Positions 9,799 to 19,193 of a DNA stretch of 64,000 nt are shown one piece after another. The stretch is from positions 64,001 through 128,000 of the forward strand of contig JANRKO010000023.1 in assembly GCA_033763455.1 (NCBI GenBank). Reading direction: 5' to 3'. The DNA is from Polyangiaceae bacterium. GTDB taxonomy: Bacteria > Myxococcota_A > Polyangia > Polyangiales > Polyangiaceae. The translations under genes were made by a program, and so were the position numbers. Each line of letters opens with the position of its first letter. Position 1 is the first letter of the stretch. The notes below the pieces were generated by a model. It made no database searches. It was not told where the DNA came from and saw only the letters and a program-made list of their open reading frames with translations.

Positions 9799-10378
9799 CC
9801 AGAGCAAGTTTAATCGCGATCGGGAGTACCCATACCAGCTTCGCTGGAGGGACTTCGAGATGGCCATGCAGGATGTGTACGACTTCTTCTATGACGTAAA
9901 TGTGCTTAGCTTGAAGAAGGGCTTGCAGCGGTTCGACGATATGCTTCGTCCTGCGATCCTGTCAGGGATGCTTTCGGACATGCTCACGGCCAGCGTTGCG
10001 AAGCATTCGAGAACACTCGTCCAGAACGAGTATTTCAACGGCCACCCGGATCTCGTCGTCCAGGGTGTCTACCCCAAGAACGCTGCCCAGGCGGGATCCG
10101 AGGGTGTTGAAATAAAGACGACGCGTAAGGGGGGCGGTGCTGTTGATACGCATGGGGCCCGCGAGCAATGGATGTGCGTGTTCGTCTATGAGGTCGACGG
10201 CGAGACCGAGCCAGCGAACGCGCGTGCTCCGCTGATATTTACGGAGGTCTATCTGGGACAGGTCAAGGTCACGGACTTCCGTGCAAACGCGCGAGGGGCG
10301 CTTGGGACCAGAACCGCGACTCTCGACGCCAAGGGCATCGCTCGTCTTCGTCAAAACTGGGTGTACTTGCTTCGTTAG
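9776..10378 (+). CDS. putative restriction endonuclease (PD-(D/E)xK fold)
   Basis: GHPDLVV...GVEIKT catalytic-type motif; overlaps the MTase 3' end. Start set at GTG 9776 (ORF track starts at 9704). Confidence 0.65.
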   Translation: MPVRAQPDQSKFNRDREYPYQLRWRDFEMAMQDVYDFFYDVNVLSLKKGLQRFDDMLRPAILSGMLSDMLTASVAKHSRTLVQNEYFNGHPDLVVQGVYPKNAAQAGSEGVEIKTTRKGGGAVDTHGAREQWMCVFVYEVDGETEPANARAPLIFTEVYLGQVKVTDFRANARGALGTRTATLDAKGIARLRQNWVYLLR

Positions 10379-10586
10379 TCCCGGCTGCCAAGCGGGATGG
10401 GTGGCACTCTAGACGGATGCATGAGCGATCTCGCAAGCCCAAGCGCCCCCCGGCCGACCTCAAGAGGCCGCCAGGCGCGTCTTGGACGCCTTTATCGGAG
10501 CCAGCACACGGCACCGCCCAGCCGAAAGCGAAGGGTCCTCGGCACGGCGCGAGCTTCAAGTAGCACCCAGTCCGAGGCTTGGCGCT

Positions 10587-11294
10587 TCATTTGGACCGGC
10601 GGCTCTTGGCTAGTTGGCCGATTGAATCTGAAGCGGTACGGGGGGCTTGGGGCGGCGTTACGCGGAGATATCCCTCCGCGAGGAACGCAAAAATCTGCTG
10701 AGTTAGGACATCCGCCGTCTCCTCGGTGAGCCCAAGCGCCACGGCCTGGTAGAGGAGCTCCTTCAAGGCGCCCAAGGTCAGGTACGCGAGCACCCGGGGC
10801 TCGCCATCCCGCACGATCCCGAGGGCTTGACCGTCCTTCAGGCTCTCAGTCAAAAGCTGTACCACGCTATCGTAGAAGGTTGAGAGCTTGCGGTGAAAAT
10901 CACTGTCCACGCCTGTGGCATCAGTGAACAAGATCTTGGTCATCGAACGCTCTTTCAAGCAGATCCCAACCACCGTGCGGATATTTTCGCGTACCTGCAG
11001 GCTCACACTGCGCTCCGCCTCATCCGTCGTGATGCGCTGGATACCCATCGTGATGTGCGCTGCAAAGCGATCGATCAAATCCGCCAGCACTGCGCGCTTG
11101 TCCTCAAAGTAGAGGTAGTAGGTTCCGCGGGCTACGCCGGCTTCCGCGACAATGTCGTCAATCGTCGTTTGGTGGTAGCCGCGCTTCACGAATACATCGC
11201 GAGCAGCTTTGAGGATCTGCTGTCGGCGTTCCTCCTTGGGGATAGCGGCCCCCGATCCAATCTTCTTGCGGGTTTTTGCGCGACGCTGAGCCAT
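10587..11294 (-). CDS. TetR/AcrR family transcriptional regulator
   Basis: RRQQILKAARDVFVKRGYHQTTIDDIVAEAGVARGTYYLYFEDK HTH; start reassigned to ATG 11294. Confidence 0.92.
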   Translation of the reverse strand: MAQRRAKTRKKIGSGAAIPKEERRQQILKAARDVFVKRGYHQTTIDDIVAEAGVARGTYYLYFEDKRAVLADLIDRFAAHITMGIQRITTDEAERSVSLQVRENIRTVVGICLKERSMTKILFTDATGVDSDFHRKLSTFYDSVVQLLTESLKDGQALGIVRDGEPRVLAYLTLGALKELLYQAVALGLTEETADVLTQQIFAFLAEGYLRVTPPQAPRTASDSIGQLAKSRRSK

Positions 11295-11358
11295 TTCCCA
11301 ATCAAGGTACCCCGCACGGAGGGCCGGAGTCGAGTTGACCCCACACGATCCTAGTCGC

Positions 11359-11374
11359 GTGACGTCAGTGTCAC
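11359..11374. promoter_or_regulatory. putative TetR operator 1
   Basis: GTGAC-GTCAGT-GTCAC inverted repeat in the divergent intergenic region. Confidence 0.6.
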
Positions 11375-11431
11375 CCAATTGCAGCCTCAAGAGCTTGCAG
11401 CGAAGGCCCGATTCAGGCAGCCTGTCGACCG

Positions 11432-11447
11432 CTGACGTCAGTGTCAG
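11432..11447. promoter_or_regulatory. putative TetR operator 2
   Basis: CTGAC-GTCAGT-GTCAG; shares an identical 14-bp core TGACGTCAGTGTCA with operator 1. Confidence 0.6.
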
Positions 11448-11486
11448 TTGCAAGGGGAACGCTCGAACTTCCCGGGAAGAGGCCAG

Positions 11487-14400
11487 ATGCAAACAGATCT
11501 CGTTATCGGAATGGACGTGGGTTCAACGACGGTGAAGGCCGTGGTGATCGATCCGCAAACCAAAGAGATCCTCTGGAGCGACTACCAACGCCATCACACC
11601 AAGCAGCCAGAGAAGGTGCTGGAGCTGTTGACCGCCATCCTGGAGAAATTCCCAGAGCAGCCGAGCGATGCGTGGCAGCTGTTTCTCACCGGCTCCGGCG
11701 CAGGGCCGCTGGTCGCGCCAACCGGCGGACGCTTCGTCCAAGAAGTGAATGCAGTAACGCTGGCCGTGGAGCACAAGCATCCGGATGTGCTCAGCGTGAT
11801 CGAGCTCGGCGGCCAAGACGCCAAGATCATCATGTTTAAGGAAGACAAGGCGAGTGGGCAGAAGACCGCTTCCACTTCCATGAACGACAAGTGTGCCTCA
11901 GGCACGGGCGCGACGATCGACAAGTGCATGATCAAGGTGGGCGCGGAACCTGGATTTGCAAATACCCTCCACTTCAACGACGAGAAGCTGCACCACGTTG
12001 CCGCCAAGTGCGGAGTCTTCGCGGAGACAGACATCGTTAATCTCGTAAAGACGGGTATCCCCAAAGACGAAGTATTGAACTCTTTGGCAGATGCGATTGT
12101 GGTGCAAAATTTGAGCGTGCTCACGCGCGGCAACACCCTTAAGCCGAAGGTATTGCTGCTTGGTGGCCCCAACACGTACCTGCCTTTTCTCCAGGAATGT
12201 TGGCGCAAGCGCATCCCGGAAACCTGGCGGGATAGGGGCTTTGCCTACCCGCTAGACGTGCCGATTGAAGAGCTCATTTTCGTGCCAAAAAATGCAGACT
12301 TGTACGCTGCCTTTGGCGCCGTAATGTACGGCTTGGCTGAGGGCTCAGACGTAGGCCGCTTTACGGGCGTCGAGACGCTGCACGATTTCATTAATCACGG
12401 GCGACGCGCCCGGTTGGGCGAACAGGCAGGCCCACCACTTTCAATCACCGCAGGCGAAACCGAATCGTTCATCGAAAGCTACACGATCCCCAAGTTCAAA
12501 AAAGCCAAGCTTGAGGCGGGAAGCGTCGTGCGCGGAGTTGTCGGTTTGGATGGCGGCTCCACTTCCTCCAAGGCCGTTATTGTGGGTGAGGATGGGGAAG
12601 TCCTGTTCAAATCGTACCAGCTCTCCAAAGGCAATCCGATCCAGGACACAAAAGAGCTTGTAACCGATCTGATGCAGCAGGTCGAAAGCCAGGGAGCTAA
12701 GTTTGAGTGTTTGGGGTTTGGTGCCACAGGCTATGCGGCGGATGTGCTGGAACAAACGGTGTTGGCCGATGTGAACATCGTGGAGACAGTGGCTCATATG
12801 ATGAGCGCGGTGCACTTTTTCGGCGATGTGGATGTGATCTGCGATATCGGTGGGCAAGACATCAAAGTCTTGTTCATGAAAAACGGGGACATTCAGAACT
12901 TCAAGCTTTCGAACTCGTGCAGCGCGGGCAACGGCATGTTGCTCCAGGCCATGGCCGATCAGTTTGGGTTGCCCGTTACCGAATACGCCGAGCACGCCTT
13001 CAAGGCCGATTTAGCGCCCAAATTTAGCTATGGCTGCGCCGTCTTTCTGGATTCAGATCGCGTCAACTTCCAAAAGGAAGGCTACCAAAAGGAAGAACTC
13101 TTAGCTGGCCTCGCGCAGGTGTTACCCAAGAATGTGTGGCAATACGTCGTACAGATCCCAAGGCTCGCTTCGCTGGGAACAAAATTCGTGCTGCAAGGTG
13201 GCACGCAATATAATCTCGCCGCGGTAAAAGCCCAGGTGGATTACATCAAGACACGGGTTCCGGGCGCCGAAGTATTTGTGCACCCCCACACCGGTGAAGC
13301 GGGGGCGATTGGAGCCGCCATCGAGACGCTGCGTCGCTATAAGCGTTCCGGCACAACGCGCTTCATCGGCATGGATGCGGTACTGAGCCTCACCTACACC
13401 ACTACCAATGATCCGAGCACAGTTTGCCACTTCTGCCCCAACGAATGCAAACGCACCTTCATTGATACCTCGCGCCCGGATGGCTCCACCGCTCGCTACA
13501 TCTCCGGCTTCTCCTGCGAGAAGGGCACCGTGGAGAGCAAAGAGGCCATGCTGGACATCGTGAAGGAGCGGAAGAAAGTGGCCGCCGCATTTCCGAACCT
13601 CGTCACCTACGAGGCAGAGCTCGCATTCAAACATTTCTATGAATGCCAGCCTATCCCCGCGGCAGGCACGGTGATTGAAGATGTGAAGGTCGAAAAAGGC
13701 CTATTTCGCATCAAGCGCCAGAAATATTTCCGCCCCTTCGAGCGCTCTTCTGAGGCCGCGAATCAGCGCAGGAAGAGCCTGCGAGTGGGCTTGCCCAGGG
13801 TTCTCAATATGTACTCCACCGGGCCCTTTTTCCGAACGTACTTCGAAGCCCTTGGTGTTGGCCGCTCAAACATCGTGTGGAGCGATGTTACGAGTGAAGA
13901 GATGTTCATGGAGGGCGCCAAGTATGGCTCGGTGGATCCGTGCTTCCCGAGCAAGGTGGTGCAGGCACATATTCACAATTTGCTCTTCCACAAGCACGAG
14001 CCAGAGCGCAAGCGTCAGCTTAACTTCATTTTCTTCCCCATCTTAACGCACGTCCCGAATTTCGTGGCCGATACTCAGGACAACGCTTCGTGCCCCATCG
14101 TAGCCGGTACACCGGATGTGATGAAGGCGGCGTTCACCAAGGAAGTGGATTTCTTCGCTCAACGCGGCATCGAATATTTGGACCCGGCGCTCTCTTTCAC
14201 CGAGCCCACGCTCCTCGCCCGCCGCATGTTTGAAACCTGGGGTGCACGGCTCGATATCACCGAAGATGAAAACGACCACGCGTGTCGTGAAGGCTGGAAG
14301 GCGCTCACGGCTTTCGAGCTCGATCTCCAAGAAAAGGGCCGCGCGATCCTGGAAACGGTGGAAGCAGAAGATCGCATCGCCATCCTCGTCTTGAACCGCC

Positions 14401-15146
14401 CGTACCACGCCGATCCAGGCATGAACCACGGTATTCCCGAGGAATTCCAGGTACTTGGCTACCCGATTCTGAGCATCCGCTCGATCCCCAAATCCCGGGA
14501 TTACTTGGACCGCTACTACAAGGACGAACTGGAGCGCGGAGTTATTACAACGCCCCTGGGCATTAACCACGTGTGGCCCGAAAATTATTCGGCCAACAGC
14601 GCGCAGAAAGTTTGGGGGGCGAATTTTGCAGCGCACCACCCGAACGTCGCGATCTTGGATCTTTCGAGCTTCAAGTGCGGTCACGATGCTCCCACCTATG
14701 GGCTCGTGAGCGACATCATCCAGACCTCGCGCACCCCCGCCTCTTCTCTGCACGATCTGGATGCCAATAAGCCCACGGGCTCCATCAAGATCCGCGTGAA
14801 GACCTACGCTCACTCGTTGCGCCTGGCCGAGGAACGCCTAGATGATCTTGCACAGCGTAAGACCTCCCTCTCGGCGGCTATCGATAAGAAGCGCCTGGAG
14901 CTCTTGGGCCTGAAGCAGGCGCAACTTGCTGACATGAAGCAGACCGATCCAGCGCTCGAGCTTGAGCTTTCACGCCTCACCGAAAAAGTCTTGGCCTACC
15001 AGACGCGCCAGGAAGAGCCCTCCAGAGCAGCACCGCAGTTTGCGCCCGAGGGCCCACAGGTTGTGACGCTGCAACGCCGAAGCGGGCATGCCCCCTCCCA
15101 AACTGGCTCCACGAAGGAAGACCGCAGCATTTCAGCCGCCGAATAG
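11487..15146 (+). CDS. BcrAD/BadFG ATPase x2 + DUF2229-type domain (CoA-substrate activase; PlsA-like architecture)
   Basis: Two ASKHA ATPase repeats (GMDVGSTTVK...GGQDAK...KCASGTG...KCGVFA; GLDGGSTSSK...GGQDIK...SCSAGNG...GCAVFL). Cys linker CHFCPNEC. C-terminal PCFPSK/SCP/FKCGHD. Start ATG 11487 after GGAAGAGG. Confidence 0.88.
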   Translation: MQTDLVIGMDVGSTTVKAVVIDPQTKEILWSDYQRHHTKQPEKVLELLTAILEKFPEQPSDAWQLFLTGSGAGPLVAPTGGRFVQEVNAVTLAVEHKHPDVLSVIELGGQDAKIIMFKEDKASGQKTASTSMNDKCASGTGATIDKCMIKVGAEPGFANTLHFNDEKLHHVAAKCGVFAETDIVNLVKTGIPKDEVLNSLADAIVVQNLSVLTRGNTLKPKVLLLGGPNTYLPFLQECWRKRIPETWRDRGFAYPLDVPIEELIFVPKNADLYAAFGAVMYGLAEGSDVGRFTGVETLHDFINHGRRARLGEQAGPPLSITAGETESFIESYTIPKFKKAKLEAGSVVRGVVGLDGGSTSSKAVIVGEDGEVLFKSYQLSKGNPIQDTKELVTDLMQQVESQGAKFECLGFGATGYAADVLEQTVLADVNIVETVAHMMSAVHFFGDVDVICDIGGQDIKVLFMKNGDIQNFKLSNSCSAGNGMLLQAMADQFGLPVTEYAEHAFKADLAPKFSYGCAVFLDSDRVNFQKEGYQKEELLAGLAQVLPKNVWQYVVQIPRLASLGTKFVLQGGTQYNLAAVKAQVDYIKTRVPGAEVFVHPHTGEAGAIGAAIETLRRYKRSGTTRFIGMDAVLSLTYTTTNDPSTVCHFCPNECKRTFIDTSRPDGSTARYISGFSCEKGTVESKEAMLDIVKERKKVAAAFPNLVTYEAELAFKHFYECQPIPAAGTVIEDVKVEKGLFRIKRQKYFRPFERSSEAANQRRKSLRVGLPRVLNMYSTGPFFRTYFEALGVGRSNIVWSDVTSEEMFMEGAKYGSVDPCFPSKVVQAHIHNLLFHKHEPERKRQLNFIFFPILTHVPNFVADTQDNASCPIVAGTPDVMKAAFTKEVDFFAQRGIEYLDPALSFTEPTLLARRMFETWGARLDITEDENDHACREGWKALTAFELDLQEKGRAILETVEAEDRIAILVLNRPYHADPGMNHGIPEEFQVLGYPILSIRSIPKSRDYLDRYYKDELERGVITTPLGINHVWPENYSANSAQKVWGANFAAHHPNVAILDLSSFKCGHDAPTYGLVSDIIQTSRTPASSLHDLDANKPTGSIKIRVKTYAHSLRLAEERLDDLAQRKTSLSAAIDKKRLELLGLKQAQLADMKQTDPALELELSRLTEKVLAYQTRQEEPSRAAPQFAPEGPQVVTLQRRSGHAPSQTGSTKEDRSISAAE

Positions 15147-15242
15147 GCCCCCGTACTAACCACAGCTCCTTAACCCCCGCACCCCACACCAGCGTTTTCA
15201 ACAGCCAGCCCGCACAACTTTTACCCGAAGGAGATCCCACTC

Positions 15243-17156
15243 ATGACCCAGGTAGTTTCCATCAGCACCGACAAGAAAGTTCACCTGCCCATCAGTGGGA
15301 GGGCGCCCAAAGCTCCCGCGTTTGACATCGATAACGAACTCAAAGCCTTCGAGCGTGAAGAACGGGAGCGCTTGGGCATCCAGGCCGAAGCGCAATGGCT
15401 AGAAACGATGGCTAACCTCAGCTTCACTAAGTCTGAGAAGAGCAAAATTACCATGCTGATCGGTGGGCTCACCATGGCCCATGATTATTTGGTTCAAGGC
15501 GCCTTCAGCCACCTTGGCTACAACGTGATCGCGCTCGATGCGCCAGACTACGATGCGCTGCGCGTGGGCAAAGAGTTTGGAAACCGCGCCCAGTGTAACC
15601 CCACGTATTTTACCGTTGGTAACTTGGTGAAGTACCTCATCTACATGCGCGACGAAAAGGGGCTCTCTACCGAGGAAATCGTAGATAAGTTCATCTTTCT
15701 CACAGCGGGTGCCTGTGGGCCATGTCGTTTTGGCATGTACGTAACAGAGTATCGAAAAGCCCTGCGGGACGCAGGATTTGACGGTTTTCGTGTCATGTTG
15801 TTCCAGCAGCAAGGCGGCCTTAGCCAGGCGACCGGCGAGGCCAGCGGCCTGGAGCTGAACCCCAAGTTCTTTATCGGCCTGCTCAAATCCTTGCTTGCAG
15901 GCGACGTGATCAACGGCATGGGTTATCGCTTGCGCCCCTACGAAGTGGTCCCAGGCTCCACCGATAAAGCGCTGGAGCAAGCCAAAAAGCTCTGCCATAC
16001 GGCGCTCTCCAATGGCAAAAGCGTGATTTGGGCGCTCCATCAATCGAAGAAGCTCTTCAGCCAAGTTGAGGTGGATCGCACCCGGCCCAAGCCCAAGTGC
16101 GCTATCATTGGCGAATTCTGGGCAATGACGACCGAGGGCGATGGCAACTACAAGCTTCAGCGCTTCGTAGAACAAGAGGGAGCCGAGGCGGACATCCAGT
16201 TCGTCACGGCCTGGATCCTCTACAACATTTGGGAAGTTACCAACGATACGGCGAACCGCGCCCTCTTACGCGGACAAGATGGAGGCCAATATGGCCTGAA
16301 AACAGTCGGCGAATACGGCGCATTTGCCCGCAAAATTGGCCTTTGGGCGGGCGACAAGGCGCTTCGCGGAGCTTTCCAGACCTTCGCACACGCCGCCGGA
16401 TTTTACGGCTACGCGCTCCCCGACATGAAGGCCATAGCTGACCTCGCTCAGAACTTCTACAACAACGACTTGCGCGGCGGCGAAGGCCACATGGAAGTAG
16501 GCAAGCTGATTTTAAACGTCGCCAAACACAAAGCCACAATGACACTCAGCGTGAAGCCCTTTGGCTGCATGCCCAGCTCAGGCGTGAGCGACGGCGTGCA
16601 AACCATCATTACTGAAAAGTACCCAGGTACCATCTTCTGCGCAGTGGAAACGAGCGGTGATGGCGCAGTGAACTTCCAAAGCCGCGTTCAGATGTACATG
16701 TTCAAGGCACGTGCTGCAGCCCAAGCCGAGTTCGACGCTGCGCTCGCTTCAGCGGGCATGACAATTGACGATCTTAAAGCGTTCCTCAAAAAGAACCCCC
16801 ACTTCAACCATCCGCTGCACCATCCCCCGCACGCTGGCGCGGCAACAGCGACGGACCTTGTGTACGAGGTGGCTCACTATCGCAATTCAACGAGGCTTGA
16901 GCGCTCGGTCACGAACGCCAAAAAGGCGCTCCACCTTGCCAAAGAGCTCGCTGTCTCTGCCAAGGCAGATGGCCCCGCCCGGTTCGTCAACGCGGCCAAG
17001 CTCGGAGTGGTCGGTGTGGGAGAGCTCGCGTCTTTGGCGCGCGAAAAGGGCCCCGGTTTGGCGGTATCGACTGCAAAATCCGCACAAAATCGAGTGGCTC
17101 AGGTATTGGCAGGCAAATCCAGAGGCCCGGCCCGGAGTGCTTCCGCACATGCTTAA
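15243..17156 (+). CDS. 2-hydroxyacyl-CoA dehydratase/reductase-like Fe-S subunit (PlsR-like)
   Basis: AQCNPTY, GACGPCRFGMY, IIGEFWA, PFGCMPS motifs; RBS GAAGGAG; follows the activase. Confidence 0.8.
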   Translation: MTQVVSISTDKKVHLPISGRAPKAPAFDIDNELKAFEREERERLGIQAEAQWLETMANLSFTKSEKSKITMLIGGLTMAHDYLVQGAFSHLGYNVIALDAPDYDALRVGKEFGNRAQCNPTYFTVGNLVKYLIYMRDEKGLSTEEIVDKFIFLTAGACGPCRFGMYVTEYRKALRDAGFDGFRVMLFQQQGGLSQATGEASGLELNPKFFIGLLKSLLAGDVINGMGYRLRPYEVVPGSTDKALEQAKKLCHTALSNGKSVIWALHQSKKLFSQVEVDRTRPKPKCAIIGEFWAMTTEGDGNYKLQRFVEQEGAEADIQFVTAWILYNIWEVTNDTANRALLRGQDGGQYGLKTVGEYGAFARKIGLWAGDKALRGAFQTFAHAAGFYGYALPDMKAIADLAQNFYNNDLRGGEGHMEVGKLILNVAKHKATMTLSVKPFGCMPSSGVSDGVQTIITEKYPGTIFCAVETSGDGAVNFQSRVQMYMFKARAAAQAEFDAALASAGMTIDDLKAFLKKNPHFNHPLHHPPHAGAATATDLVYEVAHYRNSTRLERSVTNAKKALHLAKELAVSAKADGPARFVNAAKLGVVGVGELASLAREKGPGLAVSTAKSAQNRVAQVLAGKSRGPARSASAHA

Positions 17157-17273
17157 CGCCTAAATCCGGAGGGCCCTAGCCGTAAACTAGGGGCGTCGCC
17201 ATAATGAGCGAGTTTGTGGGTCCGTGAGAACTGACCCACGGAAGCTCGCTCTCAACTGGCCACAAGGACCAAG

Positions 17274-19025
17274 ATGGTACCCAGAGATCGCCCCAGCCTT
17301 CACGACATCTATGCGGAGCCGAGCTCACCTGTGGACATGGAGGAGCGGCTGCAGCGCTTGGAGCTTCTGCACCGCATAGGTGTAGCGCTTTCGGCAGAAC
17401 AAAACAAAGACCGGCTGGTAGAGATGATTTTGCTAGAGGCCAAGAACCTCTGCAATGCCGACGGCGGTACTCTTTACCTCAAGGACGAAAAAGAAGAACT
17501 ACGGTTCGCCATCCTGCTGAATGATTCGCTTGGCCTGGCGCTTGGTGGCACTACGGGAAAGCCGATCCCATTTCCGCCGATCCCGATGAAGGATCCGATC
17601 ACCGGTGCTCCCAACCACAAGAACGTCGCCAGTTACGCGGGCTCGCTCCGACAAAGCGTCAGCATTCCCGATGCTTACGCTGCCGAAGGTTTTGATTTTT
17701 CTGGCACCAAGGCCTTCGATCAACGAAACGGCTACCGCTCCCAATCGTTTCTCACCATCCCACTGACCAATAGCCAGGGTTTGCTGATTGGTGTTCTTCA
17801 GCTTCTGAACGCGAGAGACCGTGTCACCCAAAAAGTGATCCCTTTCCCCATCGAAGATCAACTGATCGTCGAGTCGCTCGCATCCCAAGCTGGCATTGCG
17901 CTAGACAATCAGCTGCTGCTCGACGGACAGAAGGCGCTGCTCGAATCTTTCATCAAGATGATCGCTGCCGCGATCGACGCCAAGAGCCCTTACACGGGGG
18001 ACCACTGCGAACGAGTGCCAGTTTTGGCGGAGATGATTGCCCAATCACTGTGCGAGACAAAAACTGGGACATTTGCTGGTTTTTCGCTCAACGAAGAAGA
18101 GTGGTACGAACTCAGAATTGCGGCTTGGCTTCACGACTGCGGCAAGGTGGTCACGCCTGTACACGTGATGGATAAGGCCACCAAGCTGGAAACAATTTTC
18201 GATCGAATCGAGGTCGTCAGAGCCCGCTTCGAAGTGCTGCGCAAGGAAGCAAAGATCCGCTACCTTGAGCGGGCACTCGCCGATGGCTCTATTTCAGCTA
18301 ATGGCGCCAAGGAGGCGTACGAAAGCGAGCTCAAAGCCTTGGACTCAGATCTGGCTTTCTTGGAGGTGGCCAATGTGGGCGGGGAGTTTCTCTCGCCGGA
18401 GAAGCAGGCACGAATCCGCGAAATCGGCGCCAAGAGCCTGGTAATAGGCGGGCAGCAAGTGCGCTTGCTGTCCGAGGATGAAGTCAAAAATCTTGAGATT
18501 TCGCGTGGCACGCTCACGCCTGATGAACGGCTCGTAATCAACGGGCACATGGTGCAAACCATCAAGATGCTGAACGCGCTTCCCTTTCCTCGCAACCTGC
18601 GGCGTGTTCCCGAATATGCGGGAGGCCATCACGAAAAGATGGACGGCACGGGCTACCCGAAAGGGCTCTTCGCGGGCGAAATGTCGATCCCTGCGCGCAT
18701 GCTCGCAATTGCGGATGTGTTCGAAGCGTTAACCGCCGCTGACAGGCCGTACAAACCAGCCAAGAAGCTGAGTGAAGCCATGCGTATTATGGGCTTCATG
18801 AAACAGGACAATCACCTAGATCCAGAACTCTTCGATCACTTCGTGCGTTCGGGGGTCTACCGCACCTACGCGGAGCGCTACTTGGCTCCGGAGCTGATCG
18901 ACACGGTCGACGAAGCGGCACTTTTGGCAATTCGACCCAAACCCTTTGCCCTGCCCGACGTTACGATTCGGCGCGAACGCTGGGACAGCTTCTTGCCGCC
19001 GTACAATACGCCCCGCCCGCATTAG
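17274..19025 (+). CDS. GAF + HD-GYP cyclic-dinucleotide phosphodiesterase
   Basis: GAF (ADGGTLYL...FD...GYRSQSFLTIPL...IGVLQLLN), WLHDCGK, HHEKMDGTGYP, IADVFEALTAADRPYK. Confidence 0.9.
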   Translation: MVPRDRPSLHDIYAEPSSPVDMEERLQRLELLHRIGVALSAEQNKDRLVEMILLEAKNLCNADGGTLYLKDEKEELRFAILLNDSLGLALGGTTGKPIPFPPIPMKDPITGAPNHKNVASYAGSLRQSVSIPDAYAAEGFDFSGTKAFDQRNGYRSQSFLTIPLTNSQGLLIGVLQLLNARDRVTQKVIPFPIEDQLIVESLASQAGIALDNQLLLDGQKALLESFIKMIAAAIDAKSPYTGDHCERVPVLAEMIAQSLCETKTGTFAGFSLNEEEWYELRIAAWLHDCGKVVTPVHVMDKATKLETIFDRIEVVRARFEVLRKEAKIRYLERALADGSISANGAKEAYESELKALDSDLAFLEVANVGGEFLSPEKQARIREIGAKSLVIGGQQVRLLSEDEVKNLEISRGTLTPDERLVINGHMVQTIKMLNALPFPRNLRRVPEYAGGHHEKMDGTGYPKGLFAGEMSIPARMLAIADVFEALTAADRPYKPAKKLSEAMRIMGFMKQDNHLDPELFDHFVRSGVYRTYAERYLAPELIDTVDEAALLAIRPKPFALPDVTIRRERWDSFLPPYNTPRPH

Positions 19026-19193
19026 GTATTGCTGCCGGTGAGCGAGGCGGGGGAGGCGATACTTTCAAACTGCAAATAGGCCTACTGTGTCGGATGGTTG
19101 GCAAACCAGTCGGCTTCGCGCTATGGGCGACCGACGTAATGAACCGGCGTGCCCAAGGGCCGCTTCACCCTGTTTCACCCCCGGTGGATCCCC

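Noticed and set aside
8176..10586. R-M cassette as a defined mobile element
   Set aside because: No integrase, transposase, tRNA target or flanking direct repeats found by eye.
17161..17273. c-di-GMP-I (GEMM) riboswitch upstream of HD-GYP
   Set aside because: The conserved GGCAAAC...GAAA...GACGCAAAG core and tetraloop receptor are not recognisable; kept only as generic hairpins.
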